Below, piece by piece: positions 26,598-36,845 of a DNA stretch of 55,837 nucleotides. The position numbers and the translations under genes were made by a program. Below the pieces are notes generated by a model that made no database searches, had not been told where the DNA came from, and saw only the letters and a list, made by a program, of their open reading frames with translations. Source of the stretch: Actinomycetota bacterium (GTDB lineage Bacteria; Actinomycetota; Acidimicrobiia; Acidimicrobiales; JAMCQF01). Where the stretch lies: the NCBI GenBank assembly GCA_023379605.1, contig JAMCQF010000120.1, forward strand, positions 1-55,837. Direction: 5' to 3'. Each line of letters starts with the position of its first letter. Within the stretch, counting starts at the first letter, position 1.

Positions 26598-27736
26598 TGG
26601 CCGCAAATGAAGCTGGCACTGGGTATCTAGATCCATCTGGTCGTGCGCTACCACTTAGGGCTGGGCCGCACGGCGGCGATGGTCGCCTTATAGCATCCCA
26701 GCTTGGGATCGATCCCAGCTCCATATTGGATCTCTCAGCCAGCTTAAATCCAGTAGCGCCCGATCCGTTGCCCATCCTTAGATGTCACTTGGACAGCCTG
26801 AGACACTATCCTGACGATACCTATGCCCGTGATGGGCTGGCAGAGGCAATGGAGGTGGATCCCGCCAGGCTTGTCCTTACCAATGGCGGTGCGGAGGCGA
26901 TCGCTTTGGTGGCAGCACAATGTGTGACAGGATGGATCGATGGCCCGGAGTTTTCCCTTTATGCCCGCTATCTTGTAAGCCAGGACCCCCAAGCGCCTCG
27001 CTGGAGATCCAACCCAAATAATCCCACTGGTCTGCTGGCAGGCAAGAGCGAGGTCGCAGGGGTATGGGACGAGGCCTTCTATCCTCTGGCAACCGGAGCC
27101 TGGACCCGAGGAGACGCGGACCTTGGCTCTATCGTTGTTGGATCTCTTACCAAGCTCCTTGCATGCCCTGGTTTGCGTTCTGGTTATGTGCTGGCTCCAG
27201 ATGACGAAACGGCGCAATCCCTGGCTGCAAGGAGACCTCAATGGTCGGTGAACGCCTTGGTGGCAGACTGCCTGGTAGAGCTCCTCTCCAAGGTCGACCT
27301 GCCTGCATGGCGTTCGGCAATAGCCGCGCTGCGGGAAGATCTCTATGCTGTGCTTGCCAGGCATGGCTTTGCCGCGCGTCCCTCCGACGCATGCTTTGTT
27401 CTGGTGGAAGCCGCCTGGGGGTTGCGGTCCCAGCTTGCACCCATGGGGATCATCGTGCGGGATGCAGAAAGCTTCGGGCTCCCTGGATGCGTTAGGATTG
27501 CAGTGCCAGATGAGGCCGGTCTGGAGCGCCTGGACGAAGCGCTTGGCGCGATCCACACCGATGGGCCAAGAGTGCCAGCTTCAATTTGCCCGTGCTCGCC
27601 TCAAGACCGCAGGCCTAAGGCCGCGCTATTGGCGGCCCACCGGAGCGAGCCAGTGCTGGAAGGTCCCAGCCAGCAGACCAAACGCGAGCTAGGGCATCCT
27701 TGCGAGATAGAAGATGACAAGGCGGGGAGGATCTAG
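26597..27736 (+). CDS. cobD: threonine-phosphate decarboxylase-like PLP enzyme (CobD/CobC aminotransferase class I/II family)
   Basis: DLSASLNP, NPNNPTG and GSLTKLLACPGLRSGY (PLP Lys) motifs. Start set to the ATG overlapping the cbiB stop. About 55 aa of C-terminal tail has no family resemblance. Confidence 0.78.
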   Translation: MAANEAGTGYLDPSGRALPLRAGPHGGDGRLIASQLGIDPSSILDLSASLNPVAPDPLPILRCHLDSLRHYPDDTYARDGLAEAMEVDPARLVLTNGGAEAIALVAAQCVTGWIDGPEFSLYARYLVSQDPQAPRWRSNPNNPTGLLAGKSEVAGVWDEAFYPLATGAWTRGDADLGSIVVGSLTKLLACPGLRSGYVLAPDDETAQSLAARRPQWSVNALVADCLVELLSKVDLPAWRSAIAALREDLYAVLARHGFAARPSDACFVLVEAAWGLRSQLAPMGIIVRDAESFGLPGCVRIAVPDEAGLERLDEALGAIHTDGPRVPASICPCSPQDRRPKAALLAAHRSEPVLEGPSQQTKRELGHPCEIEDDKAGRI

Positions 27737-29377
27737 TTGGGAGCGGGGATAATGATATGTGGAACGGCTTCCAACGTGGGAAAGAGCCAGCTGGTTGCCG
27801 GTATCTGCAGGGCCCTTGCAAGACGTGGGCTCTCGGTGGCCCCGTTCAAGGCGCAGAACATGGCTCTTAACTCTTATGCGACTCGCGATGGTGCTGAGAT
27901 TGGAAGAGCTCAGGCGCTGCAGGCGATGGCTGCACGAGTAGAGCCTGAGGCAGCCATGAATCCGATACTTCTAAAGCCCACTGGCGAGCGCAGCAGCCAG
28001 GTTGTCGTCATGGGAAAGCCCTTGGGTCACATGGAGGCAGGGGAGTACCAGCTGGAAAAGCCTACATTGCGCAGGATCGTCCTTGGAGCCCTCGAGGACC
28101 TGATGAGCCGCTTTGAGATAGTTGTGTGCGAGGGAGCTGGCAATCCTGCAGAGCCCAACCTTTTGCAGTCCGATCTCGTCAACCTGTGGGTGGCAGCCAG
28201 CGTGGGTTTTCGATCCATCATTGTGGCCGACATAGATCGTGGAGGAGCATTCGCCTCGCTGCTTGGGACCATAGAGCTGCTTCCTTCAGAGCTGGCTCAG
28301 ATGGTTTGCGGATTCGTGATAAATAAGTTCCGTGGGGACCCAGCGCTGCTGGCGGGGGCACCTGAAGAGCTTGAAAGGCGTTGCGGTATACCCGTAATTG
28401 GCATCCTTCCGTTTATTCACGGCTTGGACCTTGATGCAGAGGATAGCTTGGCATTGGGAGGAGCCGAGGTGGGATCTGGCCCAGCTCAAAGATCGGTAGG
28501 CCCGGCAGGCGACACTTTGGAGGTCGCAGTGGTAAGGCTCCCTAGGATATCTAACTTCACGGACCTGGACGCTTTGGCAATCGAGCCCAAGGTGCGCATC
28601 GCATGGGTGCGCTCGCCGGCCGAGCTAGGCGATGTGGACCTAGTGGTTCTGCCTGGATCCAAGGCGACGGTTGCCGATCTCAGCTGGCTGCGTGGAACTG
28701 GTCTGGACCTGGAGATCGAGCGCCGAATGAGAAAGCCGCAGGGGCCTGCCCTCTTGGCGATTTGCGGCGGCTACCAGATGCTGGGCAGGCTTATCGTGGA
28801 CGAAGTGGAGTCCTGCCGTGGTGTCGTAGAAGGCCTCGGCTGGCTGCCGGTGATCACCGAGTTTGCTCAGTCCAAGATCACCCGCCAGCGGCGTGGCTGG
28901 TGCATGGGCCAGCGAGTGACCGGCTATGAGATCCGCCACGGTGCTCCCAGGCTGATCGACGAAGATCATCTCGAAGATGGTTGTCAGATGGCCAGAGAGC
29001 CGAGCGCTACGTTTTGGGTTCAACTCGACGATGCATACGGCACCGAGCATGAGGGAGCGGTTCGGGTGCTCGAGGCATCTGCCATGCAGCAAGATGTAGG
29101 CAAGACGGCCCGACGATATACCCACCAAGCTCCAAATAGCACAATATATGCGACCAGTTTGCATGGCATATTGGAGGAAGATGGTTTCCGAGGGGCATTC
29201 CTGACAGAGATCGCTCGTAGGAGAGGTAAGTCATGGGCGCCTTCGGGACGGAGCTTCTCTGCCGCACGCCAGGATCAGATAGACCGTCTGGCCGATCTGG
29301 TCGAGTCCCATCTGGGAACCGACCGCCTGCTGGAGATCATAGGAGAGAGTACCATGCTACCTGAGCCACAGAGATGA
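27737..29377 (+). CDS. cobQ: cobyric acid synthase
   Basis: IMICGTASNVGKS and the GATase-1 part (LAICGGYQMLG, GYEIRHG). Start is TTG 27737 or ATG 27752. Confidence 0.9.
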   Translation: MGAGIMICGTASNVGKSQLVAGICRALARRGLSVAPFKAQNMALNSYATRDGAEIGRAQALQAMAARVEPEAAMNPILLKPTGERSSQVVVMGKPLGHMEAGEYQLEKPTLRRIVLGALEDLMSRFEIVVCEGAGNPAEPNLLQSDLVNLWVAASVGFRSIIVADIDRGGAFASLLGTIELLPSELAQMVCGFVINKFRGDPALLAGAPEELERRCGIPVIGILPFIHGLDLDAEDSLALGGAEVGSGPAQRSVGPAGDTLEVAVVRLPRISNFTDLDALAIEPKVRIAWVRSPAELGDVDLVVLPGSKATVADLSWLRGTGLDLEIERRMRKPQGPALLAICGGYQMLGRLIVDEVESCRGVVEGLGWLPVITEFAQSKITRQRRGWCMGQRVTGYEIRHGAPRLIDEDHLEDGCQMAREPSATFWVQLDDAYGTEHEGAVRVLEASAMQQDVGKTARRYTHQAPNSTIYATSLHGILEEDGFRGAFLTEIARRRGKSWAPSGRSFSAARQDQIDRLADLVESHLGTDRLLEIIGESTMLPEPQR

Positions 29378-32300
29378 TACTGTTCCTAAGCAACGCCGAC
29401 ACGGACCTGCTTGCGCTTAGGATCGTGTGTGAGGGCATGCCAGAGGGTTTCGATCAGCTGCGAGCTGCCAATCCGGCAACGTTGCAGGATGCTCCAGACC
29501 TTGCTGATGTGCGCTTGGTCATAGTGCGCCTGTTGGGCGGCAAAAAGGCCTGGGAAGACCCGCTTGTGGAGCTCGTGTCCTCTTGCAGGCAGGCAGGGAT
29601 CCCACTGGTCGGCTTTGGGGGGGAGGTGATACCTGATCCTGAGATGGCAGGACTTAGCAGTATCCCAGAGGGGATCGTAGCTCAGGGATTTGCGTATCTG
29701 GCCCAGGGTGGGACCGAGAACCTCGAGCATTTTCTGCGATTCCTCTCCGACACAATCCTGATGACCGGCTACGGGTTCGATCCGCCGAAAGAGATCCCCC
29801 TCGACGGTGTGTTCTACAAAAGCCCTGAGATAGAATCCTGCACCGACAACAGCGGCGCCCACAGCCAGTATGCCCCGCTCGTTGGAGTTATATTCTATCG
29901 TGCACACCTAGTATCTGGCAACACGCAGTTTGTGACCGATCTTTGCCACGCCCTGGAGTCTCGAGGGGCCAGGGCCCTGGCGCTTTGGTGCTACTCCCTG
30001 CGTCCCACAGGAGCCCTTGGGCTTCCTGCGGCTGTTGAGATTCTAAGAGAGCATCAAGTCGACTCTGTGATCACCACGGTCCTGGCGGCAGGCTCGGCTA
30101 CTAAGGACGGAGACGGTTGGGACGCAAGTGCCCTTGGTTCCCTGGACGTCCCAATCGTCCAGGCAGTGGCAGCTACCTCAACCATGGAGTCGTGGGCCGG
30201 TTCAACAGCTGGCCTGTCCCCGATGGATGTCGCCATGGCGGTAGCGATACCAGAGTTCGATGGACGGGTGATCTCTACCGCATTCTCGTTCAAGGAAAGA
30301 GTCGACGACGGGGGCGAGATCGGTACACCCGTGGTGGCGTACCGCACCGTGGCCGACAGGGTCTCACGGGTCGCAGGGATCGCAAGCCGCCTAGGCGGCT
30401 TGCGCAGGAAGAACGTGAAGGACAGACGTGTCGCGATAGTGCTTTCTGCTTATCCTACCCGTCGAAGCCGCCTTGGAAACGCAGTGGGATTGGACACTCC
30501 GAGCTCGGTCCTGGAGCTGCTCAGCGCGTTGGATGATAACGGGTACTACCTCACTAGCCTTCCAGGCACCGGAGATGAGCTTATGGCAGCTCTGGCTGAT
30601 TCGCTGGTTTATGAGTCTTCCGAGTTGAGCACCTCGGAGCTGGACAGTGCTCTGGGCAGGCTTGGCACTGACTGCTATATGCGATGGTTCTCGACCCTGC
30701 CAGAGGACATGGTGAAGGACATCACCGGGCAGTGGGGTGCTCCGCCCGGTAAGGTTAGAGTTGATAGGGACGGCTTTGTGGTGTCGGGCGTCGATTTGGG
30801 AAATGTTGTGGTTGCGATACAGCCACCGCGAGGATATGGAGACGACCCTATTGCTCTCTATCACTCTCCTGTGCTTCCCCCAACCCATCACTACCTGGCT
30901 TTTTACCGGTGGTTGGACGAGGTTTGGGGCGCAGATGTGGTCGTTCACATGGGAAAGCACGGCACTGTAGAATGGCTTCCCGGCAAATCAGTAGGGATTT
31001 CGTCTTCCTGCTACCCCGACGCTGCCCTTGGAGACGTTCCCTTTGTGTACCCCTTTGTGGTCAACGATCCCGGCGAGGGAACCCAGGCCAAGCGCAGGGG
31101 TCACGCGATCATCGTCGACCACCTGGTCCCCCCTCTTACGAGGGCTGAGACATATGACGATCTCGCCAGGCTTGAGGCTCTTTTGGACACCCATGCACAG
31201 CTCTCCTCGATGGATCCCTCCAAGCTGCCTAAGGTGCGGCGCCAGGTGTGGGATCTGATGGTGCAGGCCGAGATCCACAGGGATCTGGGTCTGCACTCTC
31301 TCAATGAGGGATCCCTCGATGTTGAAGATGCAAGCTTTGACGATCTCATAGTGGAAATCGACGGGTACCTATGCGAGCTTAAGGATGCCCAGATACGTGG
31401 CGGCCTGCATATTCTGGGCCGACCTCCCTGTGGAGAGGCTGAGCTTGACTTCGTGCTCGCACTGACCTCGGTGCCCCAGGGCAGACACCCCTCTCTGCGT
31501 TCTGTTATAGCAGCAGATCTTGGGATTGACCCTTCCGACAACAGCCGAGCTAGCATAGACATGCTAGAGGCGGAGTGTCGTAGGGCGCTAGGAGAGCTTC
31601 AGCTCAACGGCTGGCAGATGGACGCGGCGAATCGTTCTCGTTCGCCCGGGACTGGCGATGTGCTGGCTTGGATCTGTGAGTCGCTGGTTCCTTCCATCCA
31701 GCAGAGCTCTGATGAGATCTGTTCCCTGCTAAGAGCCCTTGACGGTCGCCATATAGCTTCTGGGCCGAGCGGGGCACCATCGAGGGGTATGGCTCATGTC
31801 CTGCCAACCGGGAGGAACTTCTACTCAGTGGACCCAAAGGCGATCCCCTCCCCGTTGGCCTGGGAGGTGGGGGCTGCACTGGCTGAGGGGTTGTGTGACC
31901 GGTTCCTCTCAGAGGAGGGCTGCTATCCACGCCATGTAGGGCTTGTGGTCTGGGGAACCGCAGCTATGCGAACCGCGGGAGATGATATTGCACAGGCATT
32001 GGCCCTTATTGGGGTGAAGCCAACCTGGACAGAGGAGTCTGGGCGTGTTAGTGGATTGCGTGTCATGGACCTAGAAGAGCTCGGCCGTCCAAGGGTGGAT
32101 GTCACACTACGTATATCTGGCTTTTTCAGAGACGCTTTCCCGCACGTGATAGCTCTGCTGGACGACGCCATGGGCTTGGTGGCCGACCTTGACGAGCCCG
32201 CCGAGGTGAATCCGCTCAGATGCAGTGGCCATGACCGAAGGATCTTTGGTCCAGCTCCTGGAGGGTACGGCTCGGGCATACTGGGCCTGATCGACGCGGG

Positions 32301-32952
32301 ATCCTGGCGCAGCGACCAGGATCTGGCAAAGGTGTACCTGGAATGGAGCGGGTTCTCCTATGGCCGTTCCCTTCAGGGCGAGCCTGCTGCGGAGGAGCTT
32401 AGACGCAGGCTTAGCGGAGTGCAGATTGCGGTGAAGAACCAGGATAATCGTGAGCACGACATATTCGACTCAGATGACTACCTCCAGGACCATGGAGGAA
32501 TGGTTAATGCCATAAGATCTCTTGCTGGCTCAGCCCCGAAGGCCTTCTTTGGAGACTCAGCGGATCCCTCGCGACCAAAGGTGAGATCCCTAGCCGAGGA
32601 GGCCGCAAGGGTGGTCCGCACCAGGGTAATCAACCCCAAATGGCTTGACGCGATGAAGCGCCATGGCTACAAGGGCGCATTTGAGATGGCAGCTACCGTG
32701 GACTATCTCTTCGGCTATGACGCTACTACCGGAGTTGTTCAGGATTGGATGTACGAGCGGGTGACTCAAGCCTATGTTGGCGATCCTGAGATGAGGAAGT
32801 TCTTTGCCCAGTCTAATCCCTGGGCCCTTCAGTCCATTGCCGAGCGCCTACTTGAGGCAGATCAGCGCGGCCTTTGGCATGCGAGCCCCCAGGCATTGCA
32901 GACTTTAAGAGCGGCAGTCCTGGAGGCGGAAGCTTGGGAGGAGGGCCGGTGA
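29374..32952 (+). CDS. cobN: cobaltochelatase large subunit CobN
   Basis: 1192 aa. The N-terminus is ILFLSNADTDLLAL and CobN/ChlH-family similarity runs throughout (HMGKHGTVEWLPGK, VLPTGRNFYS). ATGA overlap with cobQ. Confidence 0.93.
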   Translation: MILFLSNADTDLLALRIVCEGMPEGFDQLRAANPATLQDAPDLADVRLVIVRLLGGKKAWEDPLVELVSSCRQAGIPLVGFGGEVIPDPEMAGLSSIPEGIVAQGFAYLAQGGTENLEHFLRFLSDTILMTGYGFDPPKEIPLDGVFYKSPEIESCTDNSGAHSQYAPLVGVIFYRAHLVSGNTQFVTDLCHALESRGARALALWCYSLRPTGALGLPAAVEILREHQVDSVITTVLAAGSATKDGDGWDASALGSLDVPIVQAVAATSTMESWAGSTAGLSPMDVAMAVAIPEFDGRVISTAFSFKERVDDGGEIGTPVVAYRTVADRVSRVAGIASRLGGLRRKNVKDRRVAIVLSAYPTRRSRLGNAVGLDTPSSVLELLSALDDNGYYLTSLPGTGDELMAALADSLVYESSELSTSELDSALGRLGTDCYMRWFSTLPEDMVKDITGQWGAPPGKVRVDRDGFVVSGVDLGNVVVAIQPPRGYGDDPIALYHSPVLPPTHHYLAFYRWLDEVWGADVVVHMGKHGTVEWLPGKSVGISSSCYPDAALGDVPFVYPFVVNDPGEGTQAKRRGHAIIVDHLVPPLTRAETYDDLARLEALLDTHAQLSSMDPSKLPKVRRQVWDLMVQAEIHRDLGLHSLNEGSLDVEDASFDDLIVEIDGYLCELKDAQIRGGLHILGRPPCGEAELDFVLALTSVPQGRHPSLRSVIAADLGIDPSDNSRASIDMLEAECRRALGELQLNGWQMDAANRSRSPGTGDVLAWICESLVPSIQQSSDEICSLLRALDGRHIASGPSGAPSRGMAHVLPTGRNFYSVDPKAIPSPLAWEVGAALAEGLCDRFLSEEGCYPRHVGLVVWGTAAMRTAGDDIAQALALIGVKPTWTEESGRVSGLRVMDLEELGRPRVDVTLRISGFFRDAFPHVIALLDDAMGLVADLDEPAEVNPLRCSGHDRRIFGPAPGGYGSGILGLIDAGSWRSDQDLAKVYLEWSGFSYGRSLQGEPAAEELRRRLSGVQIAVKNQDNREHDIFDSDDYLQDHGGMVNAIRSLAGSAPKAFFGDSADPSRPKVRSLAEEAARVVRTRVINPKWLDAMKRHGYKGAFEMAATVDYLFGYDATTGVVQDWMYERVTQAYVGDPEMRKFFAQSNPWALQSIAERLLEADQRGLWHASPQALQTLRAAVLEAEAWEEGR

Positions 32953-33057
32953 GCAGAGATGGCGTGCGCACCATAGCCCGGCTCGACTACTACCGCGCGG
33001 GGGCGCTCAGTGAAGTGTCGGGACGTAGAGATGCTCTGCAGGCAGGGGTAGGTCCTG

Positions 33058-35187
33058 GTGTGGCAAGGGGGCAGTTTGGTGGTTAGGCGGAACTTCCCAT
33101 TCAGCGCGGTGGCAGGCCAGGATCAGATGAAGCTCGCCCTTATCCTGTGCACGGTAGACCCCGCTATAGGTGGAGTCCTCCTGCGAGGCGAGAAAGGCAG
33201 CGGCAAGACGACCCTGGCCAGAGCTCTAGCGGGCTTGCTCCCGCCAGGCGCACCCTTTGTTGAACTTCCACTCGGTGCCTCAGAAGAGCGAGTAGTGGGA
33301 TCATTGGATCTGAGCGCTGCTGTCTCTCAGGCGAGGATAGCCTTCCAGCCGGGTCTGCTAGCCGATGTGAATGGGGGTGTTCTCTATGTCGACGAGGTGA
33401 ACCTACTGGCGGACCATCTAGTGGATCTGCTGCTGGACGTCGCGGTGAGCGGCACAAACCGGGTAGAAAGAGACGGGTTCTCTCACGAGCACGCCAGCCG
33501 CTTTGTGCTGATCGGGTCCATGAACCCCGAGGAGGGAGAGCTGCGTCCCCAACTGCTTGACCGCTTTGGCCTGTCGGTAGAGGTTGCAACCAGCAGGGAT
33601 CCCTTTGAGCGGGCGGTAGCTGTGGAGAGGCGCCTGGCGTTCGACTCCGCCAGGGAGGCCTTTTGCGACCTCTGGATCGCTGAAGAGGACAAGCTGCGAG
33701 AGCGCCTCCGCACTGTGGTCCCTGCGCCACTGGAAGAGGGGTTGGTGCCAGCGGTGGCGCATCTGTGCTCATCCATGGGAGCCGAGGGGATCAGGGCTGA
33801 TCTGGTCATCTGCCGTGCAGCAGCGGCCTTGGCGGGCTGGGAGGGGTGTGCTGCCGCGGGCCCCGAGCATGTTGCAAGGGTTGCTAATCTCGCTCTGGCA
33901 CACCGGGCCCGCAAGTCTCCTTTTGATGATCCTGGCTTGGATCAAAGCAAGCTGGATGCAGCGCTTGAGCAGGCCTTTGATGGGTCTGCCTCTCAAATGC
34001 CAGCTCTTGAGCCCTCCTCCAGTGCCGGTGCGCCCAGGCCAGACCCCACGCCCTCCAGTGCCGGTGCGCCCACGCACTCCAGTGCCGGTGCCTCCAGTAG
34101 CTGTCCTTCCAGGCTGGATAGAAAGGATGCTGCCTCAGGTTTTGGCCCGAGCGAGGAGGTGCCCGCCAATGGGTTCGGCCAAGGCCTGCCTGACCGACCA
34201 AGCCGTCCTGCCAACCAGGAATCCATTCCAATATACCATGACCAGGGCACCGTACAAAGAAAAGCTCCTGGTCAGCCACCAAGTCCTCTACCAGCTCCCA
34301 GTGAGGATCTTCATCGAGCAGCGGCCTCGGTGCCTATTAGGGTGCAAGGAACTGCCTGGCGAACACCACAGAGCTCTACGGCCAGGCATGGCGGTTCCGG
34401 TGCCTCCCACAGTGCGCCCCTGGTTGGAACCGGGCCTGTGGTGGGCTCGAGGAAGATCGAAGGCTCTATCTCGGCTATTGCCACAGCACCCACGGTTGCC
34501 GCTGCTGCAGCAAGGCGGGCTAGGACACCGACGAAAGGCAGTGACCCTGGTACGATGCCGCTTTTCAAGGAGGACCTCCGTGAGCCGCTGCGTCAGATAA
34601 AGCCCGCAAGGCTTGTCGTGCTCTCTGTGGATGCTTCGGGCTCCATGGGGGCCGACCGGCGTATGCAGATGGCAAAGGGAGCAATCCTGGGCTACCTGAT
34701 CCAGGCTTACCAGCGTCGGGACCGAGTTGCATTGGTTACTTTTGGCGGTGATGGGGCGCGGGTGGTGCTAAAGCCGACAGGAAGCGTGGAAGTCGCCCGG
34801 GCTCGGCTCGGGGTCCTTCCGACAGGAGGATGCACGCCTTTGTCCCTGGGGATTAGGACTGCTGTGAACTTAGCCGAGTCGACGTGCTCACACAGCGATC
34901 TCCTTCCGCTCCTCGTACTTGTCACAGACGGCAGAGCCACAGCCGCGACAACAGGAGCGGATCCCTGGGAAGAAGCTTTGTGCTCGGCCCGAGATGTCAA
35001 TCGTAAGAAGATCTCCTCTATAGTGGTAGATGCCGAGCAGGCCAGGGTGCCACTTGGTTTGGCGAGAGAACTTGCCGTTGCGATGGGAGCAGCTTATGTC
35101 CGCTTGGAAAGCTCTGAGGCTGATGATCTTATCGCCGCATGGTCAACTGAGGAGCTAGGCAGCCCAGAGCAGGGATCAGCTCCATAA
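33058..35187 (+). CDS. ChlI/ChlD-type chelatase ATPase fusion (AAA+ N-terminus, Pro/Ser-rich linker, vWA C-terminus)
   Basis: FPFSAVAGQDQMKLAL, GEKGSGKTT, YVDEVNLL and MNPEEGELRPQLLDRF (ChlI). The C-terminal LVVLSVDASGSM (MIDAS DxSxS) is a vWA domain. Start is GTG 33058 or nearby. Confidence 0.85.
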   Translation: MWQGGSLVVRRNFPFSAVAGQDQMKLALILCTVDPAIGGVLLRGEKGSGKTTLARALAGLLPPGAPFVELPLGASEERVVGSLDLSAAVSQARIAFQPGLLADVNGGVLYVDEVNLLADHLVDLLLDVAVSGTNRVERDGFSHEHASRFVLIGSMNPEEGELRPQLLDRFGLSVEVATSRDPFERAVAVERRLAFDSAREAFCDLWIAEEDKLRERLRTVVPAPLEEGLVPAVAHLCSSMGAEGIRADLVICRAAAALAGWEGCAAAGPEHVARVANLALAHRARKSPFDDPGLDQSKLDAALEQAFDGSASQMPALEPSSSAGAPRPDPTPSSAGAPTHSSAGASSSCPSRLDRKDAASGFGPSEEVPANGFGQGLPDRPSRPANQESIPIYHDQGTVQRKAPGQPPSPLPAPSEDLHRAAASVPIRVQGTAWRTPQSSTARHGGSGASHSAPLVGTGPVVGSRKIEGSISAIATAPTVAAAAARRARTPTKGSDPGTMPLFKEDLREPLRQIKPARLVVLSVDASGSMGADRRMQMAKGAILGYLIQAYQRRDRVALVTFGGDGARVVLKPTGSVEVARARLGVLPTGGCTPLSLGIRTAVNLAESTCSHSDLLPLLVLVTDGRATAATTGADPWEEALCSARDVNRKKISSIVVDAEQARVPLGLARELAVAMGAAYVRLESSEADDLIAAWSTEELGSPEQGSAP

Positions 35188-35191
35188 GCCC

Positions 35192-35965
35192 TTAGGCACC
35201 CACTGCATGAGCGCCTCCGTCCACATGCAGTATCTCACCGGTTGTCATAGGCAGCCATTCTGATAGCAAAGCCAAACAAGAGCGAGCCACTGGTGTTGCA
35301 TCGTGAACGTTCCAGCCAAGAGGTGCACGGGCACCCCAGGAGCTCTCAAAGGTGTCAAAGGCGGGGATGGACTTGGCTGCTACCGTGCGAATGGGCCCTG
35401 CTGCCACAAGGTTAACCCTGATCCCTTGAGGGCCGAGGTCACGTGCCAAGTAGCGGGTGAGCGATTCCAGCGCTGCCTTGGCGACACCCATCCAGTTATA
35501 GGCCGGCCAGGCAACTGCCGCATCGAAGTCGAGCCCGACCACAGAAGGGTTGCACCCGGCAGCCAGCAAAGGGCGGAAAGCCTGTGCCAAGACCTTGAGA
35601 GAGTATGCCGATATCTGAAGAGCGGTAGATACTTCACTCCATGTTGCGCCGAACATGTCCCCGCCCAAGCAGGCTGGCGGGGCGAATCCGATCGCGTGCA
35701 GCATGCCATCTAGGCCATCCCAGTGAGCCGAGAGCTCGGTGGCCACAGAGTCCACCTGCTCGGGGACGGTCACGTCCATTTCCAAGACGTCAGGTTGCCT
35801 AGGAAGCTTCTTTGCTGTTCGCCGTGTGATCGTCAGACCACGGCCTGCTCCGGTCAGAACGACATCGGCTCCTTGCTCTTGGGCGGCACGTGCAACCGCG
35901 AACCCGAGCGACGCTTCTGTCAAGACGCCGGTTATGAGAACCCGCCTACCGTCCAGTATGCCCAT
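35192..35965 (-). CDS. fabI: enoyl-[ACP] reductase (NADH), InhA/FabI type
   Basis: LDGRRVLITGVLTEASLGF, YNWMGVAKAALES (Tyr/Lys catalytic pair) and RVNLVAAGPIRT. Confidence 0.88.
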   Translation of the reverse strand: MGILDGRRVLITGVLTEASLGFAVARAAQEQGADVVLTGAGRGLTITRRTAKKLPRQPDVLEMDVTVPEQVDSVATELSAHWDGLDGMLHAIGFAPPACLGGDMFGATWSEVSTALQISAYSLKVLAQAFRPLLAAGCNPSVVGLDFDAAVAWPAYNWMGVAKAALESLTRYLARDLGPQGIRVNLVAAGPIRTVAAKSIPAFDTFESSWGARAPLGWNVHDATPVARSCLALLSEWLPMTTGEILHVDGGAHAVGA

Positions 35966-36125
35966 CTACAACCTTCTTTCTGATTCCAGTGCCAGCTCTA
36001 CTTAGCTGACCGGGGTCCTCTGCCTGCTCCCTGGGCGCAAGAAGTCTCAAGTTGGCGCCGGTAGTCGCAGACCAGCAACGGAGCAAACTCATTATTACCT
36101 GGCCAGCTGTGGAAAGCCGTGAGCA

Positions 36126-36845
36126 TTGGACGACGTTCTATCAGGTTGTGCAAGGTTAGTGGTTGTGAGATCAGCTGATCAGGTAATCGGAGTTCTGGGA
36201 GGCACTGGGCCAGCGGGGCGCGGCGTCGCTTTGAGGCTCGCAAGCTGTGGGGCAGAGGTCATAGTGGGTTCACGCGACGAGCAAAGGGCCAACGCGCTAG
36301 CGGCGCAGCTGAGCGCAGATTGGCCTTCCCGCGCACTTCGAATACGAGGGGGAGCGAACTCTGCAGCAGCCAGCGCGGATATCGTAGTTATAGCAACGCT
36401 CTGGGAAGCGGCCGTCCCTACGGTGGCGGGTCTGGCAGTGCAGCTGGAGGGCAAGATCGTCATATCGATGGCAAACGCCCTTGCAAAGGTCGGAAAGGAG
36501 ATGTTTGCGCTGGTCCCTCCGCGCGGGTCGCTTGCTGAGTCAGTCCAGCGCGCGGCTCCTGGTGCCCAAGTGGTGGCCGCCTTGCACCATCTGCCCGCGG
36601 CCGACCTGGCTGACTTGGAGACCGCTCTTGAAGCGGATGTGCTCGTCTGCTCTGACCATCGGTCAGCCCGTTCGGCGACCATAGAGCTGATCGAGCAGAT
36701 CCCGGGCCTGCGGGGGATCGACAGCGGCAGCCTCTCCTACGCATCTGCCGTGGAAGCGTTCACGGCCGTGCTGGTTGGCATAAATATGCGTTACAAGGCA
36801 CATGCCTCCATACGCATCACCGGACTGGACGGGCGCGCCCAATGA
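36126..36845 (+). CDS. npdG: NADPH-dependent F420 reductase-like oxidoreductase
   Basis: VIGVLGGTGPAGRGVALRLASCGAEVIVGSRD, a Rossmann motif typical of Fno/NpdG. The real start is probably GTG at 36159 or 36165. Confidence 0.72.
   Translation: MDDVLSGCARLVVVRSADQVIGVLGGTGPAGRGVALRLASCGAEVIVGSRDEQRANALAAQLSADWPSRALRIRGGANSAAASADIVVIATLWEAAVPTVAGLAVQLEGKIVISMANALAKVGKEMFALVPPRGSLAESVQRAAPGAQVVAALHHLPAADLADLETALEADVLVCSDHRSARSATIELIEQIPGLRGIDSGSLSYASAVEAFTAVLVGINMRYKAHASIRITGLDGRAQ

Noticed and set aside
26744-27556. 270-aa minus-strand ORF opposite cobD
   Set aside because: Antisense to a PLP-enzyme gene that has clear motifs. The translation is not protein-like.
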